This document shows, one piece after another, positions 1-14,055 of a stretch of DNA of 64,000 nucleotides. The translations under genes were made by a program, and so were the position numbers. Numbering within the stretch: position 1 is the stretch's first letter; each line of letters starts with the position of its first letter. The notes below the pieces were generated by a model. The model did no database searches and had not been told where the DNA came from. It was given only the letters and a program-made list of their open reading frames with translations. The stretch comes from Eledone cirrhosa (lineage: Eukaryota): contig OZ024741.1 in the NCBI GenBank assembly GCA_964016885.1, positions 185,070,001 through 185,134,000 on the forward strand. Direction: 5' to 3'.

Positions 1-771
1 CTCTAGTAAACAAAAAAAAAAACGTATTATGTCGTCATGTTTCTAAACAACATGGAAGTCAACTCTTCAGTTGAAATAAGTATGTAAATTAATTTATATA
101 TTTAGTTTCTTAGATGGATTATGTTTCACTGTTACGGCATATAGTTCAATTTAGAAGTTGGGAAACATGTTGTTGGATATTAGCGTGTTGATCCGAAAAT
201 GTTCTATATAATCAGCAGAACATTCTGTTTTACGCTGCTATACTTCTATAGGTACCGGTATCGAAACCACGCGAACATCCAGCGGTCGTCTGTATTTCAT
301 CCATATTTCCGTCGTCACCACCCATCTCTTTTTATTTATTTTGTATGATCTTAGCCACCTGGGACATTTTTCAAATAGATATGTATTTAAACTTACACCG
401 CCTGCAATCTATGTTGTCTTTTCTCTCTGTTCTTTCTCTGTTTCTTCCTCACATACTCTCTCTCTCTCTCTCTCTCTCACTCTCTTCTTCCGTGTGGTGT
501 GCTTACATATAGGACTTACGTCTTTTACATCTTCCCTTTCGCACCTTACCTTCTGTGCATTAGAAATGCGCAACCGGTAAAACTTAAAACCAAAACTGAA
601 TACTAACCAATACTATTACTAATTTTTACATATTCCTAATTAAACTATTTTTCACTGGGAACAATTTGTCAGCATTTTCTTTTCCTTTTACCAATATATC
701 ATAACTCGTGTGTTACACCTCTATTCTTTTAAATATATATATATAATTATATAATTATATATATATATATT

Positions 772-922
772 ATTATATATTCGTGTACAGATATTTTTGC
801 ATACACAATTAAAAAAATATAGACAAACGTATTTATTTTACGAGACTCGATAAGGATAAATATTTATCGAATATATAAGAACCCTAGAGCAAATCCCGAG
901 CAACGCCGGGCCATTCTGCTAG
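772..922 (+). mobile_element. 3' end of Helitron-like non-autonomous element
   Basis: Ends cccgagcaacgccggg (hairpin) ...ctgCTAG|T; homologous to 5557-5692 and 63702-63726. Confidence 0.55.
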
Positions 923-1090
923 TAATAACTAAAACACCAACAATATCAATAAAAACACCATCATAAGCATGGGCACAGAAACATCAATAGTAATAATAAT
1001 TATAATACCAATAATTAAGAATGAAACCCCATTACTAAAAGTACCAAATATGAAATGGAGCTGGATGTCAGAGAAGCCACACCCTTAAAA

Positions 1091-1276
1091 AATAATTGTT
1101 TCTACTTTTGGCACAAGGCCAGCAATTAAATCAGTGTATTACTGGTACTTCATTTTATCGACCTCGTAAGGATGAAAGGCAAAGTTAACCTCGGCGGGAT
1201 TTGAACTCAGACTATAAAGGGCCGTAACTCTTTTCTGCAAAGCATGGCGTCCGACACTCTGCCGATACTGCTAATC
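1091..1276 (-). mobile_element. tRNA-derived SINE (family A)
   Basis: Reverse complement of the family consensus with A-box TGGCAGTATCGG, B-box GAGTTCAAATCC and tail ggccttgtgccaaaagtagaaacaattatt. Confidence 0.85.
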
Positions 1277-1399
1277 TAAATACCGGTCACCCACAACTTG
1301 TACGAAATTTCTAAAGTAGAAAGCAAAACATGAAGCACATCCTAAAAAGGCATGATGATGCAGGACACTGATGTGAACCAACTAAAGAGCCACTAACTG

Positions 1400-1620
1400 C
1401 TAAGAAAAGTATGACTGAAAGCTGAGATAATAGGTTTGATATTTACTGCACAAGACAAGAATCTAACGATTAGAATATATCCACAACGTAGTATGGAACA
1501 AACCAACAATGCTGGTTCTGTGTAAAATACGAAGACACCATCGAATAAATTGTCTCCTGGTGCTTCAACCTGACAGAGTCTGATTATATCAACAGGCGTA
1601 CAAGCATGCAGGGTACTTAA
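1400..1620 (+). pseudogene. decayed non-LTR retrotransposon C-terminal fragment (R4/Dong-like zinc-knuckle region)
   Basis: Broken translation LKAE..GLIFTAQD..L..R...CWFC...EDTIE.IVSWC..L..SDYINR resembles the AAQD..CxxC..ET..H..SGC motif of RLE-type non-LTR elements. Confidence 0.55.
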
Positions 1621-2231
1621 ACTAGGATTATTTCGCTCTTAATATTTAACATCCTGTTGCTTTCAAACTTCCTGCACTATGAAGTATACAGCGGTTATGA
1701 CATTAAGGCAACTAAGAATGTTGCATCATAGAGTTATAGGCCTTTACATTCTGAGGTCAAACTCTACTTCGGTATTGAGTACTCCTTTCTCTTATTCGTC
1801 AACCAAATATTGATATATAAATATATATATCTATATATCTAAAACAGAGAATGTCTATCTGTCTGTCTGTCTGTTTGACTCTCTAAAACTCGAGAACCAC
1901 CCAACCAATTGTTTTCAAACTTTACACATGTAATACCTATGGTCCTGTGAGTGTATTGAGCGAAAACATATTTCAAATTTTCTCTGACCTAGGGACCGCA
2001 TTAGGCGATTTAGCAATCTCTCAATCTTTTCCTTAGTCTGTCCTTTTAGATAGATACATAGTTATAACGTCGCGGCCTTATAATATCTGTCTGTATGTCT
2101 GGTTGTCTGCATTACGACACTATGACGCTATATCTGTGTGTGTATATATGTATATATAGTGTGTGTATATATATATAGTGTGTAACGTTTTTTGAAATAT
2201 TTACTTCTGCGTTTACAGATTGATATTTTTT

Positions 2232-2282
2232 AGTTTCAGAAGACCCCGTTAAGGGTGAAAGCAGAGATTCTTTGCTTAAACT
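2232..2282 (+). ncRNA. hammerhead-like motif with variant core CAGAAGA
   Basis: agttt-CAGAAGA-cccc gttaa gggt-GAAA-gcagag att ctttgc-TT-aaact; stems I, II and III all pair. Confidence 0.45.
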
Positions 2283-2290
2283 TTAATCTA

Positions 2291-2336
<46 letters not shown>

Positions 2337-2403
2337 GACGTAAAATAAGAAAATATTTTTTTAAAAAAATTTAAAAAAAATTTTTTTTCTTACTTAAATT
2401 TTC

Positions 2404-2485
2404 ACTCCAACTAATTAGTTTCTGCAATGGGATAAAGACAGTTACGTAATCCAACTGTCGAGAATTCATTGCATCATCAGGAAGT
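2404..2485 (-). ncRNA. type I hammerhead ribozyme in 560-bp unit (also 2964-3045, minus)
   Basis: acttc-CTGATGA-tgcaatg...cattgca-GAAA-CTAATTAG-TT-ggagt. Confidence 0.8.
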
Positions 2486-4043
2486 CTATTCTCAGTTAAG
2501 TCTCCAGGCAATGCGCGGACACTGGCGGCTCATATAAAAATAATAATAATTCGGTAGATCGAACAGCTTGCGAGGACTGGATTCTATGTACCGAAATTCT
2601 CACTGCTTCAAGTCAAATGGCCGATTCTAAAGAATCAATCACGTGACACAGAGGCTAGTTAGAAGGAATGGGATGGTAAGATGACTGACGCCTACTAACA
2701 CCCCAAAAAAAAATTTTTTTTAGAAGTGGTTTTGACAAGTTTGCTCGACAAATCAGTGATTTGGAGATAAATATAGATAATTTAATATATCAACTAACAT
2801 AAGCGCACAGATGCACGCCCATGCCAGCAAATACACAGGTTATGTCATAGTACCTAGGTGGTTCAATGCAGGAGAATGCAGAACAATAATATAAAGGACG
2901 TAAAATAAGAAAATATTTTTTTTAAAAAATTAAAAAAAAATTTTTTTTCTTACTTAAATTTTCACTCCAACTAATTAGTTTCTGCAATGGGATAAAGACA
3001 GTTACGTAATCCAACTGTCGAGAATTCATTGCGTCATCAGGAAGTCTATTCTCAGTTAAGTCTCCAGGCAATGCGCGGACACTGGCGGCTCATATAAAAA
3101 TAATAATAATTCGGTAGATCGAACAGCTTGCGAGGACTGGATTCTATGTACCGAAATTCTCACTGCTTCAAGTCAAATGGCCGATTCTAAAGAATCAATC
3201 ACGTGACACAGAGGCTAGTTAGAAGGAATGGGATGGTAAGATGACTGACGCCTACTAACACCCCAAAAAAAAATTTTTTTTAGAAGTGGTTTTGACAAGT
3301 TTGCTCGACAAATCAGTGATTTGGAGATAAATATAGATAATTTAATATATCAACTAACATAAGCGCACAGATGCACGCCCATGCCAGCAAATACACAGGT
3401 TATGTCATAGTACCTAGGTGGTTCAATGCAGGAGAATGCAGAACAATAATATAAAGGACGTAAAATAAGAAAATATTTTTTTAAAAAAATTTAAAAAAAA
3501 TTTTTTTTCTTACTTAAATTTTCACTCCAACTAATTAGTTTCTGCAATGGGATAAAGACAGTTACGTAAGTAAAAAAAAATTTTTTTTAAATTTTTTTAA
3601 AAAAATATTTTCTTATTTTACGTCCTTTATATTATTGTTCTGCATTCTCCTGCATTGAACCACCTAGGTACTATGACATAACCTGTGTATTTGCAGGCAT
3701 GGGCGTGCATCTGTGCGCTTATGTTAGTTGATATATTAAATTATCTATATTTATCTCCAAATCACTGATTTGTCGAGCAAACTTGTCAAAACCACTTCTA
3801 AAAAAAAAAAAAAATTTTTTTTTTGGGGTGTTAGTAGGCGTCAGTCATCTTACCATCCCATTCCTTCTAACTAGCCTCTGTGTCACGTGATTGATTCTTT
3901 AGAATCGGCCATTTGACTTGAAGCAGTGAGAATTTCGGTACATAGAATCCAGTCCTCGCAAGCTGTTCGATCTACCGAATTATTATTATTTTTATATGAG
4001 CCGCCAGTGTCCGCGCATTGCCTGGAGACTTAACTGAGAATAG

Positions 4044-4125
4044 ACTTCCTGATGACGCAATGAATTCTCGACAGTTGGATTACGTAACTGTCTTTATCCC
4101 ATTGCAGAAACTAATTAGTTGGAGT
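4044..4125 (+). ncRNA. type I hammerhead ribozyme in 560-bp unit (also 4605-4686 and 5164-5245)
   Basis: acttc-CTGATGA-cgcaatg..gacagtt/aactgtc..cattgca-GAAA-CTAATTAG-TT-ggagt; palindromic stem III, GUU cleavage triplet. Confidence 0.8.
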
Positions 4126-5425
4126 GAAAATTTAAGTAAGAAAAAAAATTTTTTTTAAATTTTTTTTAAAAAAATATTTTCTTATTTTACGTCCTTTATA
4201 TTATTGTTCTGCATTCTCCTGCATTGAACCACCTAGGTACTATGACATAACCTGTGTATTTGCTGGCATGGGCGTGCATCTGTGCGCTTATGTTAGTTGA
4301 TATATTAAATTATCTATATTTATCTCCAAATCACTGATTTGTCGAGCAAACTTGTCAAAACCACTTCTAAAAAAAATTTTTTTTTGGGGTGTTAGTAGGC
4401 GTCAGTCATCTTACCATCCCATTCCTTCTAACTAGCCTCTGTGTCACGTGATTGATTCTTTAGAATCGGCCATTTGACTTGAAGCAGTGAGAATTTCGGT
4501 ACATAGAATCCAGTCCTCGCAAGCTGTTCGATCTACCGAATTATTATTATTTTTATATGAGCCGCCAGTGTCCGCGCATTGCCTGGAGACTTAACTGAGA
4601 ATAGACTTCCTGATGACGCAATGAATTCTCGACAGTTGGATTACGTAACTGTCTTTATCCCATTGCAGAAACTAATTAGTTGGAGTGAAAATTTAAGTAA
4701 GAAAAAAAATTTTTTTTAAATTTTTTTAAAAAAATATTTTCTTATTTTACGTCCTTTATATTATTGTTCTGCATTCTCCTGCATTGAACCACCTAGGTAC
4801 TATGACATAACCTGTGTATTTGCTGGCATGGGCGTACATCTGTGCGCTTATGTTAGTTGATATATTAAATTATCTATATTTATCTCCAAATCACTGATTT
4901 GTCGAGCAAACTTGTCAAAACCACTTCTAAAAAAAATTTTTTTTGGGGTGTTAGTAGGCGTCAGTCATCTTACCATCCCATTCCTTCTAACTAGCCTCTG
5001 TGTCACGTGATTGATTCTTTAGAATCGGCCATTTGACTTGAAGCAGTGAGAATTTCGGTACATAGAATCCAGTCCTCGCAAGCTGTTCGATCTACCGAAT
5101 TATTATTATTTTTATATGAGCCGCCAGTGTCCGCGCATTGCCTGGAGACTTAACTGAGAATAGACTTCCTGATGACGCAATGAATTCTCGACAGTTGGAT
5201 TACGTAACTGTCTTTATCCCATTGCAGAAACTAATTAGTTGGAGTGAAAATTTAAGTAAGAAAAAAAATTTTTTTTTAATTTTTTTAAAAAAATATTTTC
5301 TTATTTTACGTCCTTTATATTATTGTTCTGCATTCTCCTGCATTGAACCACCTAGGTACTATGACATAACCTGTGTATTTGCTGGCATGGGCGTGCATCT
5401 GTGCGCTTATGTTAGTTGATATATT

Positions 5426-5565
<140 letters not shown>

Positions 5566-5692
5566 TATTCGTGTACAGATATTTTTGCATACACAACGAA
5601 ATATAAACAAACGTATTGATTTCACGAGGTTTGATAAGGATAAATATATATCATATATATAAGAACCATAGAGCAAATCCTGAGCAAGACCG

Positions 5693-5877
5693 GTGGATTG
5701 GAAGTATCGGTAGAGGGTCGGACGCCATGCTTTCTAGCTTAGTTACGTCCCTTTACGATCTGAGTTCAAATCCCGCCGAGGTTGACTTTGCCTTTCATCC
5801 TTACGGGGTCGATAAAATAAAGTACCAGTGAGGCACTGGGTAGTTTCTGGCCTTGTGCCTAAAGTAGAAACAATTAT
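5693..5877 (+). mobile_element. tRNA-derived SINE (family A)
   Basis: ggtggattggaagtatcggtagagggtcggacgcc...gagttcaaatcccgccgagg...gtagaaacaatt. Confidence 0.85.
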
Positions 5878-5900
5878 GCTAGTATATATATATATATATA

Positions 5901-6040
5901 GGAAAAAGTATGACACCGACGGCAGAGCTCAAGCTGTTTCGACGGGGTCATACTTGTTCCTATTACCCACTCTACTACCCTAAGTATTGAGTACTCTGGT
6001 GCGTTATGGTCAATCTGGTTCCTTACCACAATTCCTTCGT
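5901..6040. mobile_element. short fold-back TA-inserted element, family H (half-hammerhead); other copies 12493-12657, 13991-14025, 18321-18514, 21572-21709, 37578-37764, 56127-56320, 61306-61520
   Basis: Shared sequence gccgtcGAAACGGCttgagctcaGCCGTCggggtc...ctaagtattgagtact...ccttaccacatttccttcgtt; flanked by TA-rich tracts; most copies internally inverted. Confidence 0.85.
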
Positions 6041-6127
6041 TATATATATATATATATATATATGTATATAGCTGTCAATCTACTGTGTGTAATATTTATA
6101 TTACAACACAACGGAAAATACTGTATT

Positions 6128-6158
<31 letters not shown>

Positions 6159-6171
6159 CTATATATTACTC

Positions 6172-6222
6172 TTTTACTCTTTTACCTGTTTCAGCCATCC
6201 GGCTGAGGCCATGCTGGGGCAC
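6172..6222 (-). mobile_element. SINE/LINE 3' tail fragment
   Basis: ttttactcttttacctgtttcagccat...ggccatgctggggcaccg; short repeat tail. Confidence 0.4.
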
Positions 6223-6224
6223 CG

Positions 6225-7050
<826 letters not shown>

Positions 7051-7241
7051 TATTAATATAGAAAAGCTTCTACAGGACTAGATCTGTTTCATTCGCGAGA
7101 AATCATCAGGAAGCTCCTGATGATTTCTCACGAAAGGAACAGTTCTAGACCTCTAGAAGCTTTTCTATAGGAAAACATTTATGCTCTGCTATGTATTGAG
7201 TACCTTACTTACTGTGGTAACCATGGATTCAACCTGGAATA

Positions 7242-7295
<54 letters not shown>

Positions 7296-8020
7296 GCTCT
7301 GGTTCATCTGAATATATATATGTTATAGCTATATATATATATGTTATAGCTCTGATTCAACTGAATCATTGAGCACTTGCCTCACATCTCGGAGGTTGTT
7401 TTCTTTATTTCGTGGGCCGAAATGCGAATCTCGATAATTTATGTTTGTATTTATCTCCAGACTATTGACCAGTTAATTTTCTTGATTTTTTAGTTGATTC
7501 TATTCACTGATGAATAGCTTATGTTAATTTTAACCCTTCTGTTGAGAACTCTATTCGATTTGTGATGTTTTCGCATTCTTGCAAAAATATACACAACTGA
7601 ATTTATTTGCCTGATATAGGGGCTGCCTCCCTTGCCGATCCCCACGCGGAGTCAGCAATAGTCAGTCCTTGTATTAACATTGAACTAAAACCTGTTGAGA
7701 AAGTGGCTTCCTTTTTCAATCATCTTACCAGAAGCCTGACATTATTTATGTAAGCGGACGGTATTTGATTTAGGAGCCGCAGAAACCCAAATACTGGATT
7801 TTACCAACCTTCCAGGGGTCCAGGTAAATTTTCAATACCCGAATTACTTGATCGTTTTTTTGGCTATGCGAATGATTGTTTAACCATCGTCTCAGTGTGT
7901 TTGGCCTTTAACGTTTGTTATAGTTCTGGTTCATCTGAATCATTGAGCACTTGCCTCACATCTCGGAGGTTGTTTTTCGTTATTTCGTGGGCCGAAATGC
8001 GAATCTCGATAATTTATGTT

Positions 8021-8025
<5 letters not shown>
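7051..8025 (+). repeat. about 980-bp segment duplicated directly at 10934-11912
   Basis: Near-identical sequence on both sides of the PLE insert; internal direct repeat 7345-7450 vs 7920-8025. Confidence 0.9.
7065..7115 (-). ncRNA. type I hammerhead ribozyme (duplicate at 10948-10998; relatives at 20311-20357 and 56396-56446)
   Basis: agcttc-CTGATGA-t ttc tcgc gaa t-GAAA-CAG atctagtc CTG-TA-gaagct. Confidence 0.75.
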
Positions 8026-8075
<50 letters not shown>

Positions 8076-8105
8076 AGATCAAAAGATGGTTAAAGGAGTT
8101 CAATA

Positions 8106-8176
8106 TATTTTATTATGCGCATTTCAAAAACAAACATCATCAAACAATAATATTTGTGTTTTCATCAGATAAAACA
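8106..8176 (-). ncRNA. PLE hammerhead ribozyme (inverted copy at 10702-10772, plus)
   Basis: tgttttat-CTGATGA-aaac...gttttt-GAAA-TGCGCA-TA-ataaaata; palindromic loop III. Confidence 0.8.
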
Positions 8177-9407
8177 GGAGAACATGATATGAAGGCTAAA
8201 AAAAACACTTGTTGATAGTGCAGTTTTAAATCAACATATGAAAAGTGGTTTTAGATTGATGTGTGATATTGGGAAAAATATTTTATTTAGAGAGGGGGGG
8301 AGAGAAAAGGATGAAAAGGGAAGGAGATGAGAGGGAGAGATGGGTGATAGAGAGAAAGAGATAGTTTTTATAACAGAGAGGAGATATATTTTATATAGAG
8401 GGGTTGAAAACCGTTGGAAGATACTGTATAAATTAAAAATTTTGAAAATTAACGAAGGGAGGATATGTGCGAGGAAAAAATATATTATATTTAGGGAGGG
8501 GTGGGGGTGGAAAGGATGAAAAAAAGGGGAGGAGATGAGAGTGAAGGTGGAAAGGGAGAGATGGGTGATAGAGAGAAAGAGATAGTTTTTATAACTGAGA
8601 AAAAGATATAATGTTTTAATATAGAGAGGTTGGGAACCGTTGGAAGATAATGTATAAATTAAAGGAATTTGAAAATTAACGAAGGGAAATTATGTATGGA
8701 GATAGAGAGAAAAAAATAACGAAGGGAGATTATGTATGGAGATAGAGAGAAAAAAAATAATAATTGTGGGTGAATATTCAGAAGGAGAAATGTAGGAATT
8801 TTAAAATTAGCAAAGAGAAAAAGTTTATGTATAGGATTTGAGAAAAATAATGTGAAGTTAGAGTTTTTATATTGAATTCATATGTATTAATAATGAGTTC
8901 GTTGATGGGGAGAAAAAAATAATAATAAATTAAGGATGAAATTGAGATTAAAAAGATTTATGATAGAGAGAAAAAATAATAATGATTGCGGATGAATACT
9001 CAAAATGTCAAAAACAAATGTTATTGTTTTACGAGGAGATATAATGAGGGTGATGAGTAAACGGGTATTATAGAGTGTATAATGCCCTTTAAAGTAAGGT
9101 AGATGGGTATATTTTAAAGAATATATGAGTATATATTAAAAAAAATATATAATAATAAATTAAGGATGAAATTGAGATTAAAAAGATTTATGATAGAGGG
9201 AAAAAAAATAATAATGATTGCGGATGAATATTCAAAATGTCAAAAACAAATGTTATTGTTTTACGAGAAGATAGGATGAGGTAAATGAGTAAACGAGTAC
9301 TATAGAGTGTATAATGCCCTTTAAAGTAAGGTAGATGGGTATATTTTAAAGAGGTGTATGTATATGTGCCTTTGAGAAAAGATTCTAAATTGATAAAGAA
9401 TTGAATA

Positions 9408-10205
9408 TTAACTGTATACTTTGTGAAAAGTTCTATGGAATTTATGCAGGCAGATGGAAAACAAATCCGAGCGTCTATTTATTATGGATTCTAGGTTAGA
9501 GATAATGGTAAATTTTTCATTTAGGCAGAGATTACAGATTTTAGATAGAGAACTGTTCAAGTACGAGGATGCAGAAGAAATCTTTTTCCAAAAGATGTTA
9601 TATTTAATGTTTTTGTCTTTTAAGGACCATATGAGTTCTGAGAGAGCAGTGTTAGTTCTTTTAAGTTTGTATTTGAAAGATGAATGATGATTATAGAGAC
9701 GAGCTTTAAAAGAGGTGGAAGTGGAGCCAAAATAGGTGAAGGAGTTGGTGCTAGTTATAATTTTACATTCATAAATTAAGTTTTTATCGAGGCAATGGTT
9801 GTTGAGAGGACATTTATTTTTAATGCGGCAGTTGCAATTAGAGAGATTATTAATGAGTGATCTAGTGTTATCTATAGAAGGAATTGGATTGGAGAAGTTG
9901 TTTGCGATAGGAATAATAGGAATAATAGTTTCTTGATTTAGAGTTGGATTATGAACATTTAGCGAAGTTGTGTTTGACGTTGCATTTGGGTTTACAGAAG
10001 TTAGCCTAGGGTTTACAATGACGTCAGGAGTACTATTATTGTTATTATGAGATTCAATATTGGAAGGAAGAGATTTAGTATTTAATATTTTGTTGTTGTG
10101 TTTAGAAATGATGTTGGAAATATTGGAGGATGTAGAATACGAAAATTTAATGGTGTGTTTGTTAAATATTTTACTATAGATATGTGAGGGAGGGAAGCAT
10201 TTTTC
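9408..10205 (-). CDS. C-terminal part of PLE ORF: end of RT thumb, Cys-rich linker and GIY-YIG endonuclease (Neptune-like), 5'-truncated
   Basis: FPPSHIYSKIFN..KFSYS; CNC..KCPLNNHC; LIY..YFGST..FKAR..NH..SF; TALSELIWSLK; CNLCLNEK; INRRSDL..CLH. Confidence 0.9.
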   Translation of the reverse strand, partial: EKCFPPSHIYSKIFNKHTIKFSYSTSSNISNIISKHNNKILNTKSLPSNIESHNNNNSTPDVIVNPRLTSVNPNATSNTTSLNVHNPTLNQETIIPIIPIANNFSNPIPSIDNTRSLINNLSNCNCRIKNKCPLNNHCLDKNLIYECKIITSTNSFTYFGSTSTSFKARLYNHHSSFKYKLKRTNTALSELIWSLKDKNIKYNIFWKKISSASSYLNSSLSKICNLCLNEKFTIISNLESIINRRSDLFSICLHKFHRTFHKVYS

Positions 10206-11124
10206 AAATTCCTTTAATTTATACATTATCTTCCAACGGTTCCCAACCTCTCTATATTAAAACATTATATCTTTTTCTCAGTTATAAAAACTATCTCTTT
10301 CTCTCTATCACCCATCTCTCCCTTTCCACCTTCACTCTCATCTCCTCCCCTTTTTTTTCATCCTTTCCACCCCCACCCCTCCCTAAATATAATATATTTT
10401 TTCCTCGCACATATCCTCCCTTCGTTAATTTTCAAAATTTTTAATTTATACAGTATCTTCCAACGGTTTTCAACCCCTCTATATAAAATATATCTCCTCT
10501 CTGTTATAAAAACTATCTCTTTCTCTCTATCACCCATCTCTCCCTCTCATCTCCTTCCCTTTTCATCCTTTTCTCTCCCCCCCCTCTCTAAATAAAATAT
10601 TTTTCCCAATATCACACATCAATCTAAAACCACTTTTCATATGTTGATTTAAAACTGCACTATCAACAAGTGTTTTTTTTAGCCTTCATATCATGTTCTC
10701 CTGTTTTATCTGATGAAAACACAAATATTATTGTTTGATGATGTTTGTTTTTGAAATGCGCATAATAAAATATATTGAACTCCTTTAACCATCTTTTGAT
10801 CTTATATTATGCATACTCCAGTCCCACAAACTGTAGAGTGCTTCTTATCCGATATCTGCATTGCTTTATTGTACTACAATAAAACTCACCTCCTACATAT
10901 ATATATATATATATATATATGAATATATATATATATTAATATAGAAAAGCTTCTACAGGACTAGATCTGTTTCATTCGCGAGAAATCATCAGGAAGCTCC
11001 TGATGATTTCTCACGAAAGGAACAGTTCTAGACCTCTAGAAGCTTTTCTATAGGAAAACATTTATACTCTGCTATGTATTGAGTACCTTACTTACTGTGG
11101 TAACCATGGATTCAACCTGGAATA

Positions 11125-11184
<60 letters not shown>

Positions 11185-11909
11185 GCTCTGGTTCATCTGA
11201 ATATATATATGTTATAGCTATATATATATATGTTATAGCTCTGATTCAACTGAATCATTGAGCACTTGCCTCACATCTCGGAGGTTGTTTTCTTTATTTC
11301 GTGGGCCGAAATGCGAATCTCGATAATTTATGTTTGTATTTATCTCCAGACTATTGACCAGTTAATTTTCTTGATTTTTTAGTTGATTCTATTCACTGAT
11401 GAATAGCTTATGTTAATTTTAACCCTTCTGTTGAGAACTCTATTCGATTTGTGATGTTTTCGCATTCTTGCAAAAATATACACAACTGAATTTATTTGCC
11501 TGATATAGGGGCTGCCTCCCTTGCCGATCCCCACGCGGAGTCAGCAATAGTCAGTCCTTGTATTAACATTGAACTAAAACCTGTTGAGAAAGTGGCTTCC
11601 TTTTTCAATCATCTTACCAGAAGCCTGACATTATTTATGTAAGCGGACGGTACTTGATTTAGGAGCCGCAGAAACCCAAATACTGGATTTTACCAACCTT
11701 CCAGGGGTCCAGGTAAATTTTCAATACCCGAATTACTTGATCGTATTTTTGGCTATGCGAATGATTGTTTAACCATCGTCTCAGTGTGTTTGGCCTTTAA
11801 CGTTTGTTATAGTTCTGGTTCATCTGAATCATTGAGCACTTGCCTCACATCTCGGAGGTTGTTTTTCGTTATTTCGTGGGCCGAAATGCGAATCTCGATA
11901 ATTTATGTT

Positions 11910-11975
<66 letters not shown>

Positions 11976-11979
<4 letters not shown>

Positions 11980-12112
11980 TAAACGGAATAGAAAATGCTG
12001 ACAAATTGTTCACAGTGAAAAATAGTTTAATTAGGAATAAGTGAGAATTAGTAATTGTATTGGTTAGTATTCAGTTTTGGTTTTAAGTTTTACCGGTTGC
12101 GCATTTCTAATG
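11976..12112. mobile_element. short TA-associated repeat; reverse-complement copy at 558-695
   Basis: Direct match cattagaaatgcgcaaccggtaaaacttaaaaccaaaactgaatactaacc. Confidence 0.65.
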
Positions 12113-12125
12113 TTTGCTCCTATGA

Positions 12126-12271
<146 letters not shown>

Positions 12272-12412
12272 TATGTAAACGTACATACATATTGTGTATA
12301 CAGACGTATAGTAGTATGTATATATATATACCTACATGTACACATATATATATTTCCGTATGGGTTTACCGAAGATTTATTATAATGTTCGGTTTGTTTG
12401 AAACAATTGTTA

Positions 12413-12450
12413 CGAGCTGACGATCCGCTAAGGTGAAACAATTGTTCTCG
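12413..12450 (+). ncRNA. minimal type I hammerhead ribozyme
   Basis: cgag-CTGACGA-t cc gctaa gg t-GAAA-CAATTG-TT-ctcg. Confidence 0.75.
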
Positions 12451-12657
12451 GTATGGTGAACTAACTGTTGTGTAACCACTTCTATATATATAATAGGAAA
12501 AAGTATGACCCCGACGGCAAAGCTCAGAAATAGCCGTCGAAACGGCTTGAGTTCTGCCGTCGGGGTCATACTTTTTCCTATTTCCCACTCTACTACCCTA
12601 AGTATTGAGTACTCTGGTGCGTTATGGTCCATCTGGTTCCTTACCACAATTCATTTG

Positions 12658-12701
<44 letters not shown>

Positions 12702-12774
12702 ATGTATAAACGTATATATATATATATATATATATATGCACATATATATGTATATATATATATGTATATATGCA

Positions 12775-12881
<107 letters not shown>

Positions 12882-13134
12882 CTACGCGAAGCGACATGTA
12901 CATGCATACACGTTTATATCTATGGGTGTTGGTGCACGTGTGTGTGCTCTTGCTACCTCTGACAATTTTAAATTAAAGGAAGGAAATACTTGTGTTTATA
13001 AGAACGATGACAGGATAGGAAAATATATATACAAGAAGGGGAAAATGACACCTATAGGAAAGTGAGGAGAAAGAGGTAGTGAAGTCACGATAAAGGAAGT
13101 GAGAGAACTGGCAAGACGGATGGATTGTATGTCT

Positions 13135-13199
<65 letters not shown>

Positions 13200-13214
13200 T
13201 GAAATATATATATT

Positions 13215-13345
<131 letters not shown>

Positions 13346-13889
13346 AAAGAGATACAGAAAGTTATAGAGAGGGAAAGAGAAAGAAGCGCCATTATACAAA
13401 CACAAGACGCTTGAAAATATATACATACATGCATATACATATACATACATACGTGCGTTCGAGATTACATGCGTACATTTATAGATACATACATACATGC
13501 ATACATATATACACATATATACATACATATATACATACGTACGGAATTACATACATACATACATACATGTATACATACATACATACATACATACATACAT
13601 ACATACATACATACATACATACATACATACATACATACACACATACATGCACATATTTGTTCTGAAGTGTAATTGTATATCCGGGACAAATTGTTATGTT
13701 GTTTAAGAGGAAATGTGGTGTAATCAGTAGTGAGATTTCATAAATAAATGTCCCAGATTTTGACAGGGGGCTTACATCACATAACACACACACACACACA
13801 TACATATATGCATATATATTTATACACACACACACACACACATATATACATATATATTTATACACACACATACATATATATATTTTTAT

Positions 13890-13968
<79 letters not shown>

Positions 13969-14055
13969 TATAAATATATACATATACACATTGAGCTCTG
14001 CCGTCGGGGTCATACTTTTTCCTATTATATATATATATATATACACCTTTATATA

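Larger units (their letters stand above)
8071..10897 (-). mobile_element. 5'-truncated Penelope-like retroelement with inverted 3'-end copy
   Basis: GIY-YIG ORF on minus, about 1.3-kb 3' region with HHR; 10201-10808 is the reverse complement of 8071-8675; both ends abut (TA)n. Confidence 0.9.
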
